DNA from: Sandaracinaceae bacterium
GTDB lineage: Bacteria > Myxococcota_A > Polyangia > Polyangiales > Sandaracinaceae
Direction: 5' to 3'
Assembly: GCA_044220955.1 (NCBI GenBank)
Contig: JBGAQA010000017.1
Coordinates: 1-53,726 of the forward strand
DNA: 53,726 bases
Made by a program: the position numbers and the translations under genes. The notes beneath the pieces are model-generated. The model was given only the letters and a program-made list of their open reading frames with translations. It had not been told where the DNA came from and made no database searches. This document shows positions 1-8,960 of the stretch, in pieces; the first letter of the stretch is position 1; each line of letters starts with the position of its first letter.

Positions 1-1560
1 CGCCTCGATCGCCGGCGCGCCCTCGGACAGCGCGCGCGCCCAGCCGCGGGCGAGGGCGTTCTCGAGCTCGCGCACGTTGCCCGGCCACTCGGCCTCCTCG
101 AGCGCCACGCGCGCGGCGCGCGCGAGCGAGCCGACCGGCGGCGCCGTCGTGCCCTGCAGGAAGGCCTGGTGCCGCGCGAGCGCGCTGACCACGGCGTCCG
201 GGCCGGTGCTGCGGGTGGCCAGCGCTTCACAAGCGCTGGTGTGCACGCTCGCGGGCACCGTCCGGTCGTCGCAGAGCGCGACGAGGTTGCCGGTCACCGC
301 CGGGTCTTCGAGCGCTCCGAGGAGGCGGACCGCGAACTCGCGCGCCGGGACGAGGCGCGCGTCGGTGCTCTGCGCCGCCGAGAGCAGCTGATCACGCAGC
401 GGCAGCGCGTCGCCCTGCGGCGTGCCCGTGGGGGCGAACGCGCCCGGGTCGATCGCGGCGTAGGTGGCCGTCTCGCCGATCGAGGCGGTCCAGATCGGAC
501 GGCCGTCGGAGCGCGAGAGCAGGCTCGCCTCGCCGTGATCGTCGACGACGAAGATCCCCGCCTCGCGCACGCTCACGCCGACCACGTCGTGGGGCATCTC
601 CTGCACCCACGCCGCGCGGGCGCCGAGGTCGCTCAGGCCGAACACGAGCCGATAGAACACCAGCACCACGAGGTCGTCGACGAGCGCGACCGACGTGCCC
701 TGCGCGCGCGGCGCGAACGCCAGGCGCACGCGGTGCGTGGCGCTGCCCGGCGCAGGGGGTGGGGTGTACGCGTCGCGCATGAGCGGCGGGTTGCCGGGTC
801 GCGGCGTGCTCGCGATCTCCAGCCACGGCACGTCGGACGCCGAGTCGAGATCGGCGCTGAGGAGCCCGATCCCCGCCTGGCCCACGAAGATGCTCGAGCC
901 CTCGACGAAGGCGTGGCCGAGAACGCCGCGCGTCACGCGGACGCGCGCGATCTCGCCGCCGTCCTCCTCGATCACCGACAGGTTCTGGTTGCCCCAGGGC
1001 TGGAAGATCATGTCGCCACGCACGGCCGGGACGCCGAGCGCCTGGTCGACCTCGGCGCGGAAGCTCGGCGAGCCGCTCGAGAGCCCGACGAGGACCGATC
1101 GGGCGCCCACCGCACCCCCCGTGGAGAGCGCGATGGCGCCGGAGTCGCGGTCGCCGTCCGCGCCGACGAGCCCCATCTGGTCGTCGGAGATCCGCGCCGT
1201 CTCCCGCCCGCCGTCGAGCGCGCGCACGACGACGCCGCCGGCCTCCTGGGTGACGACGTAGTGGCCGGCGACGTAGGGGATCGTGCGCAGGGTCGCGGGG
1301 ACCTCCCAGAGGCGCTGCTGCGCGGCCAGGTCGTACGCCACGAGGCGGTCGGGGCTCGTCGCCGCGAGAAGGACGATCGAGCGGTCGTGCTCGGGCGGGG
1401 CCGTCCGGAGGCGCGCGACGACCGCCTCGACGTGGTCGACGCGGTCGTCGGGGAACCGCTGCGAGAAGGCGGCCGACCCGAGGCCGCCGGAGCCACCGCA
1501 CGCGGGGACCAGCGCGAGGCCGAGCAAGGCGAGGGTGACGATCCGGGTGGGAGTGCTCAC
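1..1560 (-). CDS. PQQ-like beta-propeller + HEAT-repeat lipoprotein (runs off the left edge; last ~40 visible codons look like a sigma-54 activator fragment)
   Basis: Not in the ORF track because there is no stop in the window. GTG at 1560 overlaps the upstream TGA (GTGA). Hand translation gives the signal/lipobox MSTPTRIVTLALLGLALVPAC, propeller-like repeats (LVAYDLAAQQRLWEV, LLSRSDGRPIWT), a helical HEAT-like region, then in-frame EWPGNVRELENAL. Confidence 0.7.
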   Translation of the reverse strand, partial: MSTPTRIVTLALLGLALVPACGGSGGLGSAAFSQRFPDDRVDHVEAVVARLRTAPPEHDRSIVLLAATSPDRLVAYDLAAQQRLWEVPATLRTIPYVAGHYVVTQEAGGVVVRALDGGRETARISDDQMGLVGADGDRDSGAIALSTGGAVGARSVLVGLSSGSPSFRAEVDQALGVPAVRGDMIFQPWGNQNLSVIEEDGGEIARVRVTRGVLGHAFVEGSSIFVGQAGIGLLSADLDSASDVPWLEIASTPRPGNPPLMRDAYTPPPAPGSATHRVRLAFAPRAQGTSVALVDDLVVLVFYRLVFGLSDLGARAAWVQEMPHDVVGVSVREAGIFVVDDHGEASLLSRSDGRPIWTASIGETATYAAIDPGAFAPTGTPQGDALPLRDQLLSAAQSTDARLVPAREFAVRLLGALEDPAVTGNLVALCDDRTVPASVHTSACEALATRSTGPDAVVSALARHQAFLQGTTAPPVGSLARAARVALEEAEWPGNVRELENALARGWARALSEGAPAIEA

Positions 1561-2324
1561 TGTGCGATCCTCGCGGCGGCGGCCTCGGCTGCGCGCGTGA
1601 CCGGGTCGGTGCCCGGGTGCGCCTGGACGTACTGCTCGAGCAGGCCGCGCGCCTCGGCGCTCGCGAGCTCGCCGATCGCGGCCACGATCTCGAGGCGGCT
1701 GCGCTGCGGCACGGTGTCGCGCCCGAGCATGTCGGCGAGGATCGGGCTCATCTGCGTGAAGGGGACGTGCCCGACGAGCCCGAGCAGGCGCGTGACGTCG
1801 GCCGGTCGCGCGAGGCGCGCGATGGCCATCCCGGCCTCGGGCACACCGCGGTCGAGCGCGAGGAAGAGCTGATCCATCGCCGAGACGCCGCCGACGTCCC
1901 CGAGCGCGGTGGCGGCCGCGGCGCGGACGTCGGGGGACGAGTCGCTCAGTGCGCCCGCGAGCGCGCGGTCGGCGCCGCTCGGGTGGCAGGTCGCGAGCGC
2001 CTGGACCGCGCGCAGGCGCACCGAGGCACGGCGATGCGAGAGCAGCTCGATGAGGAGGGGGCCGGCCTCGACGTGTCCGAGCACCGCCAGCGTGTCGAGC
2101 GCCGACTCGAGCAGCTCGGGAGGCAGGCCGCGGCGCACGCGCGCGACGATCAGCGGCACGCCCCGCACGTCGCCGGTCAGGCCGATGGTCTCGATCCCCG
2201 TCTGGATGCGGGCCGCGTCGGAGGAGTCGATGGCCGCCTGGGCCTCTTCGAAGGACAACTGGGCCGACGCCGGGACGGCGACGGTCGCGAGCGCTGCGCC
2301 CACGAAAAACGCTACAAGCCTCAT
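1557..2324 (-). CDS. Exported HEAT-repeat protein
   Basis: ATG at 2324 within track ORF 1557..3128. Signal peptide MRLVAFFVGAALATVAVPASA; HEAT repeats LLSHRRASVRLRAVQAL and ALSDSSPDVRAAAATALG. Confidence 0.8.
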   Translation of the reverse strand: MRLVAFFVGAALATVAVPASAQLSFEEAQAAIDSSDAARIQTGIETIGLTGDVRGVPLIVARVRRGLPPELLESALDTLAVLGHVEAGPLLIELLSHRRASVRLRAVQALATCHPSGADRALAGALSDSSPDVRAAAATALGDVGGVSAMDQLFLALDRGVPEAGMAIARLARPADVTRLLGLVGHVPFTQMSPILADMLGRDTVPQRSRLEIVAAIGELASAEARGLLEQYVQAHPGTDPVTRAAEAAAARIAQ

Positions 2325-2381
2325 GGTGGACCCCTGGAGAACCGCTGGAATATCGCTTCTCTGGCCGGACGCCAAGTGCCG

Positions 2382-3695
2382 ATGAGCGCCGCGGCGCTCC
2401 GGCTGGCATTCCTCGCCTCGCTCTACGTCGTCGAGGGACTGCCCTTCGGCTTCCAGGCGACGGCGCTCGGTGTGCTCCTGCGCGATCGCGGGGTGTCGCT
2501 CTCCGGCATCGCGCTCGCGGGACTGCTGGCGCTCCCGTGGTCGCTGAAGGCCCTCTGGTCGCCGCTCGTGGACCGTCACGGGAACGCGCGGATGGGGCGC
2601 CGTAAGTCGTGGATCCTGCCGATGCAGGCCCTGCTCGCGCTCTGCCTGCTCGCGGCGGGCCTGCTGCGCCCCGAGGATGCGCTCGAGCCGCTGCTCGCCC
2701 TCGTGCTGTTCATGAACCTCGTCGCCGCGACGATGGACATCGCGGTCGACGGGCTCGCGGTGCAGATCCTGAGCACGCGCGAGCTGGGCGTCGGCAACGC
2801 CGCGCAGGTCGTCGGCTACAAGGTCGGGATGCTGCTCGCCGGCGGCGTGCTGCTCTGGGCGAGCGCGCGCGTGCCCTGGGGCGCGCTCTTCGCCGCGATG
2901 GCGTGCCTGGTGATCCTGGTGATGATCGCCACCGCGCTCGTCGAGGAGCCGGGCGGGGACGACGGGCCCGGCCATGCGAAGGCGCGCGCGAGCGTGCGCG
3001 ACGTGGTGCGCGCGCTCCGCGATGCTCTGCGCGCGCCGGGGGCGTGGGCGCTGGTCTTCGCCATCGTGGCCTACAAGTCGGGCGAGGCGCTGATCGAGCC
3101 GATCTGGTCGCCGCTCCTGCGCGATCACGGATTCTCACGGGAGACGATCGGCCTCTACGTCGGCACGTTCGGAATGGTGGCGTCGATCCTGGGGTCGCTC
3201 TCGGGCGGCCTGCTCGCGACGCTGGTCGCGCTGCCGCGTGCGCTCGTGCTGGCCTCGGCGCTGCGCGTGGTGGCGCTCGCCGGGCAGGCCAGCGTGGCGT
3301 GGCAGGAGGCGCCCTCGCACGCGCTCGTCGCCGCCTCGACGTGCGCGGAGCACTTCTTCTCCGGCGTGCTCACGACGGTGATGTTCGCGCTGATGATGTC
3401 GCGCACCGACCGCCGCATCGGCGCGTCGCACTACACGCTGCTCGCGACGCTCGAGGTGATCGGCAAGGCGCCGCTCTCCCTCGCCTCGGGCGCGATCGCC
3501 GACGGGCTCGGGGTCCGCGTGGCGTTCGGGATCGGCGTGGGGCTCTCGCTCGCGTACGTGCTCCTGCTGCTCAGCGCGCCGGTGCAGCGCGGCCTCGCGC
3601 TCACGGAGCGTGCCCGACGCGCTCGGGCAGTCCGAGATCGGGCCAGCCGGCGTCGGGGGCGGCGCGGTAGCGGTAGTGGGCGAGGCTCGCCGTGA
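2382..3695 (+). CDS. MFS transporter, AmpG-like (muropeptide/acetyl-CoA transporter family)
   Basis: ATG at 2382. AmpG-family motifs LYVVEGLPFGF, PWSLKALWSPLVD, GRRKSWI and ATMDIAVDG; about 12 hydrophobic segments. Confidence 0.85.
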   Translation: MSAAALRLAFLASLYVVEGLPFGFQATALGVLLRDRGVSLSGIALAGLLALPWSLKALWSPLVDRHGNARMGRRKSWILPMQALLALCLLAAGLLRPEDALEPLLALVLFMNLVAATMDIAVDGLAVQILSTRELGVGNAAQVVGYKVGMLLAGGVLLWASARVPWGALFAAMACLVILVMIATALVEEPGGDDGPGHAKARASVRDVVRALRDALRAPGAWALVFAIVAYKSGEALIEPIWSPLLRDHGFSRETIGLYVGTFGMVASILGSLSGGLLATLVALPRALVLASALRVVALAGQASVAWQEAPSHALVAASTCAEHFFSGVLTTVMFALMMSRTDRRIGASHYTLLATLEVIGKAPLSLASGAIADGLGVRVAFGIGVGLSLAYVLLLLSAPVQRGLALTERARRARAVRDRASRRRGRRGSGSGRGSP

Positions 3696-5730
3696 CACCC
3701 CGGGTGTAGTTGCGCGTCTGCGCGAAGGGGATGTCCTCGACGAAGCGGTCGAGGTCCCGCTCACCCCGGGCGAGCCACTCCTCGACACGGTGCTCACCCG
3801 CGTTGTACGCGGCGAAGCAGAGCGGGACGCCATAGGCCCTGTGCAGCTCGGCGAGGTACGCGGCGCCGAGGCGGACGTTCGTGGTGGGATCATAGAGCAC
3901 GTTGCGTGCGTAGGGCGTGCCCGTGCGGCGCGCGACCGCGGCGGCGGTCGCGGGCATCAGCTGCATCAAGCCGATCGCGTCGGCGTAGCTCACGACCTCG
4001 GGCGCGAACGCGCTCTCCTGCCGCATCACGGACCAGATCAGCTCCGCGTCGACGTCGGTGATGCGCGACGCCTCGGTCACGGCGGGCTCGAACGCGCGTG
4101 GATAGGCGGCGTCCCAGGCCCACGATGCGGCGCCGCTCGGCGGATGTGTGAGCAGCGGACTGCTCGACGTGACGCGATACGCGTCGTGAAAGTCGGAGAG
4201 CGAGAGGTACGCCGTGGAGAGCGCGCGGGGGCCGTCGCTGCGATGCAGGCTGGTCGAAGCGCGCCGCAGTGCCTCTGCGGCGTCGCGATCGAGACCGAGC
4301 GCGGCGAAGAAGGCGGCCTCCTCCGGCAGCGCGAAGATCGGTTCGGGCTCGTCGGGCAGCGCGGCACCGTCGAGCGGCGGTGGGTCGGGCTCGCCGGCGC
4401 GCACGAGCCGCGTGCGCGCGAGCTGCGCATACCACCCGAGCGGCTGCGCCGAGACGAGCGCGCGGTACGCGTCGTATGCCGGGCGCGTGCGCCCCGCGCT
4501 CTCGAGCGCCCGCGCCCGCCAGTAGTCGGCGCGGTGGTGATCGAGCGCCCGCGCGACGGCGCGGCCGTAGTCCTCGAAGCGGCGCGCGGCGTCGGCGGGG
4601 TCGTGCGCGTCGAGGGCGACGAGCGCGAGCGTGAAGCGCGCCTCCCTCACGAAGTCCGACGCGCGACGGCCGCGAGGGCCGTCGACGAATCGCTGCATGG
4701 CGCGGCTCGCGTGCGCCCCGCCTGCCGCGAGCTCGCTCTGCGCCGCGACGTACTCGGCCTCGACGGCGAGGGGATCGTCGCGGTGCGCGCGCACGAAGGC
4801 GCGCAGCGCGCGGCGGCCTCGAACGCCGTCGCCGGCGCGGAGCAGGGCGCGCGCCGCGTGGAACGCGTCCGCCGGGACGGTGGTGCTGCCGCGGACCGAC
4901 GCCGCCGCGTCGAGCTCGGTGGCCGCCTCCGCGTAGCGGCGCGCCTCGTAGAGCGCCATGCCACGGACGTGGAGCACGCGTGCGCGCAGCGCCGCGGGCG
5001 GGTCGATGCCCTCGAGCTCGAGGACGGCCGCCGGCGCCTGGTGGGCCGCGGTCAGCCGCTCGGCGCGATCGACGCGCTCTTCGATCGTCAGCGAGACGGC
5101 TGGATCGAGCACGACGAGCGCGGCCATCGCCTGCGCCGCGTCGGGATGCTCGGGCCGGCCCACGACGAGCGAGCGGAGCGTCCGGAGCGCGGCGTCGCGG
5201 TCGCTTTCGGTCAGCGCGGCCTCCGCGAGCTGCATGCGCGCGGCGAACGTGTCGACCTCACGACCCGCGTCCGCGACCACGCGCTCGAGCAGCGGGCGCG
5301 CGCGCGCGGCGTCCCCCTGCGCCAGCACGGCCTCCGCCACCAGCGCGCGAAGCGCCGCGCTCTCCGGCGTGATCGCCGCGAGCACCGCCTCGGCGCCCGT
5401 GGGATCGCCCGCGTGCAAGAGCGCGCGCCCGCGTCGCGTCGCAGCGTCACGCAGGACCGGAACGGGGAGATCGCGCGCCCCGTCGTACGCAAGCGCGGCC
5501 TCCGAGAAGCGCCCGAGCCGCTCGAGCACGCGGCCGCGCAGGTAGCGGGCGGGTCCGGCCTCGCGCGCCGCCTCTTCGAGAGCGTCGAGCGCCGCGAGCG
5601 CGTCGACGTCCCGCCCATCGCGAACGGCGTGCGCGATGGCCTCCGGGACCGGCGGCGTCTGCGCGCGCGCGTACCCGGGCAGCGCGCAGACCGCGAGCGC
5701 GAGGGCCAGAGCATGGATACGGAAGCACAT
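3601..5730 (-). CDS. slt: Soluble lytic murein transglycosylase (Slt70-like, TPR superhelix + SLT domain)
   Basis: ATG at 5730 with a signal peptide ending ARA. SLT motifs MRQESAF, AIGLMQLMPATA, AAYNAG and EDIPFAQTRNY. Confidence 0.9.
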   Translation of the reverse strand: MCFRIHALALALAVCALPGYARAQTPPVPEAIAHAVRDGRDVDALAALDALEEAAREAGPARYLRGRVLERLGRFSEAALAYDGARDLPVPVLRDAATRRGRALLHAGDPTGAEAVLAAITPESAALRALVAEAVLAQGDAARARPLLERVVADAGREVDTFAARMQLAEAALTESDRDAALRTLRSLVVGRPEHPDAAQAMAALVVLDPAVSLTIEERVDRAERLTAAHQAPAAVLELEGIDPPAALRARVLHVRGMALYEARRYAEAATELDAAASVRGSTTVPADAFHAARALLRAGDGVRGRRALRAFVRAHRDDPLAVEAEYVAAQSELAAGGAHASRAMQRFVDGPRGRRASDFVREARFTLALVALDAHDPADAARRFEDYGRAVARALDHHRADYWRARALESAGRTRPAYDAYRALVSAQPLGWYAQLARTRLVRAGEPDPPPLDGAALPDEPEPIFALPEEAAFFAALGLDRDAAEALRRASTSLHRSDGPRALSTAYLSLSDFHDAYRVTSSSPLLTHPPSGAASWAWDAAYPRAFEPAVTEASRITDVDAELIWSVMRQESAFAPEVVSYADAIGLMQLMPATAAAVARRTGTPYARNVLYDPTTNVRLGAAYLAELHRAYGVPLCFAAYNAGEHRVEEWLARGERDLDRFVEDIPFAQTRNYTRGVTASLAHYRYRAAPDAGWPDLGLPERVGHAP

Positions 5731-5841
5731 CGTTCGGCTCGACGGTCGCGCGGGCGCCTTTCTTCCCCGGGTCTCGCACCGGACGGCGCGCGGGGGCAAC
5801 ATCGGTGAACAACCTGGCCTGCGCCGCGTCGAAGCAGGGCG

Positions 5842-7086
5842 ATGCGAACTTCCACTCTGCTGGCGCTCGCCGCCGGCACCTTGCTTCTTCCCGGCTCGAC
5901 CGCGCGGGCGCAGGAAGCGCCCGCGAGCGAGGCGGACCGCGCGCTCGCCACCTTCACGCCGGCGGAGCTCGCTCTGCTCCAGCCGCTGCTCGAGACGGGC
6001 GTCGTCTCGCTGGTCGAGTTCGCGTACGGGGAGCAGATCCCGGCCGCGGTCATCGCCTGCGAGATCGAGGCGCCAGCGGACGTCGTCGCCGCGGTCATCG
6101 GCGAGCCCGCCCGCTACCCCGAGTTCATGCCCGCGCTCGACTCCGTCGACGTCACCACGAGCGATGGGGACGCGCAGAGCTACGACTGGGACTGGCACAC
6201 GTCGATCTTCACGCTCCACGGGCAGAACACGATGGTGCGCTACCCGCCGCCCGCCGATCACCCCGATCGTGGCTATCGCTTCGTCGTCCGCTCGGAGGGC
6301 GGTGATCTCGGCACCGGTCGCACGGTGTGGCGCGTGATCCCGCGAGGTAGAGGGCGCTCCCTCGTGATGACCAGCTCGCGCATGGATCTGCGCGACGCGA
6401 ACTACATCGCGCGCCAGCTCGCCGCGGCGAGCTCGACCATGAACCGCTCCATCCACGTCGCGCTCGCCTTCTCGATGATGCTCCGTACGCGCACCGAGGC
6501 GGAGCGGCGCGCCGGGTTCGCGCGGCCGGCGGTGCCCGCGGCCGAGGGCGACCCGATCGAGCCGACGTTTGATCCGACGGTGTACGAGGCGATGCTCAAT
6601 CGCGGCGATCTGATGTGGGTCGAGACCAGCGACGGCAGCGATCAAGGGCGCGTCGTGGGCATCGGACGCATCCACACCGACGAGGCGCGCACGCGGGCGG
6701 CGATCCTCGATCCGGCCGGCTTCACCCAGGGCCTGCTGCAGGGCGCGCACGCGACGATGCTGCCCTCCGAGGACGGTACGCGCTTCGAGTGGGGCATCGA
6801 CCTGCCGCTCGTGGGCACCACGGGGATCATGCACATGCGGGAGCAGCCCGACGGCGTCCTCGCGCTCGACGGGGAGTCGGGGGCGCTCGGCGGCGCCCGC
6901 TGGCGGTTCCGCACCCGCACCCGCGACTACGGGACGCTGCTCGTGGCGTGGGGCCGCTTCGACCTCGGCGACGGCCTCTGGCTCGTCCGAGTCGTACAGG
7001 ACGCCGACCCCGCCTTTCGGCCGGGGCTGTCCTCCTCGGCCGAGCTGATGATGGTACGCGGGCTTCGCACGCGCCTCTCGATGTAG
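5842..7086 (+). CDS. Exported SRPBCC/START-like (polyketide cyclase-like) protein, probably two tandem domains
   Basis: Signal peptide ending TARA; SRPBCC start IEAPADVVAAVIGEPARYPEFMP; a second similar half begins around AILDPAGF. Confidence 0.65.
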   Translation: MRTSTLLALAAGTLLLPGSTARAQEAPASEADRALATFTPAELALLQPLLETGVVSLVEFAYGEQIPAAVIACEIEAPADVVAAVIGEPARYPEFMPALDSVDVTTSDGDAQSYDWDWHTSIFTLHGQNTMVRYPPPADHPDRGYRFVVRSEGGDLGTGRTVWRVIPRGRGRSLVMTSSRMDLRDANYIARQLAAASSTMNRSIHVALAFSMMLRTRTEAERRAGFARPAVPAAEGDPIEPTFDPTVYEAMLNRGDLMWVETSDGSDQGRVVGIGRIHTDEARTRAAILDPAGFTQGLLQGAHATMLPSEDGTRFEWGIDLPLVGTTGIMHMREQPDGVLALDGESGALGGARWRFRTRTRDYGTLLVAWGRFDLGDGLWLVRVVQDADPAFRPGLSSSAELMMVRGLRTRLSM

Positions 7087-7112
7087 ACCGAAAACGTGTC
7101 ATCCTCCCGCGC

Positions 7113-7526
7113 GTGATCGGAGCGGCGCAGCTGCCGTGTGAGGCATTCGTGCTCGCCATCGTGGCCGAGGATCTCGAGCCGGGCGACGGCGATCCCGCGT
7201 TCGCTTCGCAGCTGCTCATCGTGAGCGAGGGCTTCGTCGTCCGCGCCCGCTCGCGTGTCACGCGTCGCGAGGCCAACGAGCTGGGCCGGGACGTCGCCGC
7301 GCTCTGCGCCGGTCGCACCAAGGGCCTGACGTTCAAGTCGTCGAGCGGGGACCTCTACTTCGCGCTCACGCCGATCGAGGGCTCGCGCGGCGCGCCGCAC
7401 GTCGAGATCGCCGGTCACGTGCTCCAGCAACCGGCCGGGGTGCTCTCGGCCTTCGAGTCGCGTACCGATCGCAGCATGCTGCAGAGCTTCGGCGACGATC
7501 TGCGCGTATTCCCGTACGGCGGCTGA
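7113..7526 (+). CDS. Hypothetical protein, WapI-like immunity-protein pattern
   Basis: GTG at 7113 within ORF 6615..7526; globular composition; ends FESRTDRSMLQSFGDDL; fills the gap before dedA. Confidence 0.5.
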   Translation: MIGAAQLPCEAFVLAIVAEDLEPGDGDPAFASQLLIVSEGFVVRARSRVTRREANELGRDVAALCAGRTKGLTFKSSSGDLYFALTPIEGSRGAPHVEIAGHVLQQPAGVLSAFESRTDRSMLQSFGDDLRVFPYGG

Positions 7527-7541
7527 GGGGCGGGAGGTCGC

Positions 7542-8213
7542 ATGCACGGCGCCGTCGACTTCTTCGTCGAGCAGGGGAGCTACGGCCTCATGTTCGCGGC
7601 GCTCGTCGCGGCGGGCATGGGCGTCCCGCTGCCGGAGGACATCGTCTTCATCTCGGGGGCGATCCTCGCGCAGCGCGGCATCACGGATCTGCGCGTCACG
7701 TGCGCGGTGCTGGGTGTGGGGGTGTTCGTCGGCGACACCGTGCTCTACACGATCGCGCGCCGCATCGGCCCGGCCATCTACGAGCGTAAGTTCATCAAGC
7801 GCGTGATGCCGCCGGAGCGCCGCGCCTGGTTCGAGGACAAGATCCACAGGCACGGCAGCATCGTCGTCTTCTGCGCGCGGCACGTGGCCGGGCTGCGCGG
7901 GGCGATCTTCGCGATCTCGGCGATCCACGGCATCTCGTACCCGCGCTTCATCGTCGCCGACATGCTCGCGCTGGCGGTCTCCATGCCGCTCTTCATGCTG
8001 CTCGGCTGGTACTTCTCCACGAGCATCGACACGGCGCTGAACCACGCCGCGACCGCCGAGCACTGGTTGATGATCGCGATCGTGGGCGGCGTCGTGCTGC
8101 TCGCCGTGGTGCATGGCGTGCGCACGTGGCTCAGGCGCAGGGCAGGGGCGCAGGCGGCGAGCCCCGCTGCCCCGGTGCCGGCGCCTGCGACGCGCCCGGA
8201 CCCGCAGCCCTGA
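7542..8213 (+). CDS. dedA: DedA family membrane protein
   Basis: GGAGG SD. Motifs GVPLPEDIVFISG, GDTVLYTIAR, ARHVAGLR and ISYPRF. Confidence 0.9.
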   Translation: MHGAVDFFVEQGSYGLMFAALVAAGMGVPLPEDIVFISGAILAQRGITDLRVTCAVLGVGVFVGDTVLYTIARRIGPAIYERKFIKRVMPPERRAWFEDKIHRHGSIVVFCARHVAGLRGAIFAISAIHGISYPRFIVADMLALAVSMPLFMLLGWYFSTSIDTALNHAATAEHWLMIAIVGGVVLLAVVHGVRTWLRRRAGAQAASPAAPVPAPATRPDPQP

Positions 8214-8255
8214 GCGCTTGACGTTCACGCGTGGTCCCTGCGAGATCACGCGTCC

Positions 8256-8960
8256 ATGCCCGAGACACGCGCCAGCCTCGATGCCCTCTTCGCTGCCGAG
8301 CGCGCGTTGCGCGAGGCCGAGGAGTCCTTCTTCGCTTCGGGCGAGCCCGAGGCGCTCGCGCGTGGGCTCGCGGCAGCGGCACAGGACGCCTTCGCGCTTC
8401 CGCCAGGCGACGAGCGCTCGATCCGCTGCTTCCGCATCGCGACGCTCGCCGCGGAGCTGCCGGGGCCCGAGCCCATCGAGATTCTCCTCTCGATCCTGGA
8501 CGACGATGATCTCTCGGCGCGCGCCGAGGCAGGCGAGGGGCTCCTCGAGCTGGCGTACGACCGCTTCAAGGAGGTCGCGGTGGCGATCGAGGCGCGCCTC
8601 GACCGCAAGCACGACGGTCCGTCGATGGAGGAGCTGCCCTTCGTGCTGACCGAGGTCTTCGACCCGGATCCCGTCCCGCTGGTCGCGCGTTTCCTGCACC
8701 ATGCGCGCGCCGAGGTGGTCGCGGCCGCGATCGAGGCTCTCGCGACCTACGGGGATCCGTCTGCCGTCTCGAAGCTTCGCCCGCTCGCCGGAGACAAGCG
8801 CACCGTCGTGGTCGCGGACCTCGACGCCGAGGCCACGATCGGCGAGCTCGCCCGCGAGGCGATCGCCGCGCTCTCGCCCGATCTGCCGCCCGGCCGGGGA
8901 GGTCGACCGCACCAGGGCCACCCGCCGCAGGGCGGGCCGCGCAAGCCACGGCCCTCCTGA
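8256..8960 (+). CDS. HEAT-repeat domain protein
   Basis: Repeats LSILDDDDLSARAEAGEGL and FLHHARAEVVAAAIEALATYGDP; the stop overlaps the next ATG (TGATG). Confidence 0.75.
   Translation: MPETRASLDALFAAERALREAEESFFASGEPEALARGLAAAAQDAFALPPGDERSIRCFRIATLAAELPGPEPIEILLSILDDDDLSARAEAGEGLLELAYDRFKEVAVAIEARLDRKHDGPSMEELPFVLTEVFDPDPVPLVARFLHHARAEVVAAAIEALATYGDPSAVSKLRPLAGDKRTVVVADLDAEATIGELAREAIAALSPDLPPGRGGRPHQGHPPQGGPRKPRPS

Noticed and set aside
1..1560. Intact sigma-54 transcriptional activator, or an integrin-alpha-like partner for the VWA trio
   Set aside because: Only the WPGNVRELEN segment is present, without an AAA+ core. The propeller shows no FG-GAP motifs that I can see and lies 16 kb from the VWA operon.
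5807..5830. ECF-type promoter GAAC-N16-CGTC before 5842
   Set aside because: The motif is too short to be significant in GC-rich DNA.
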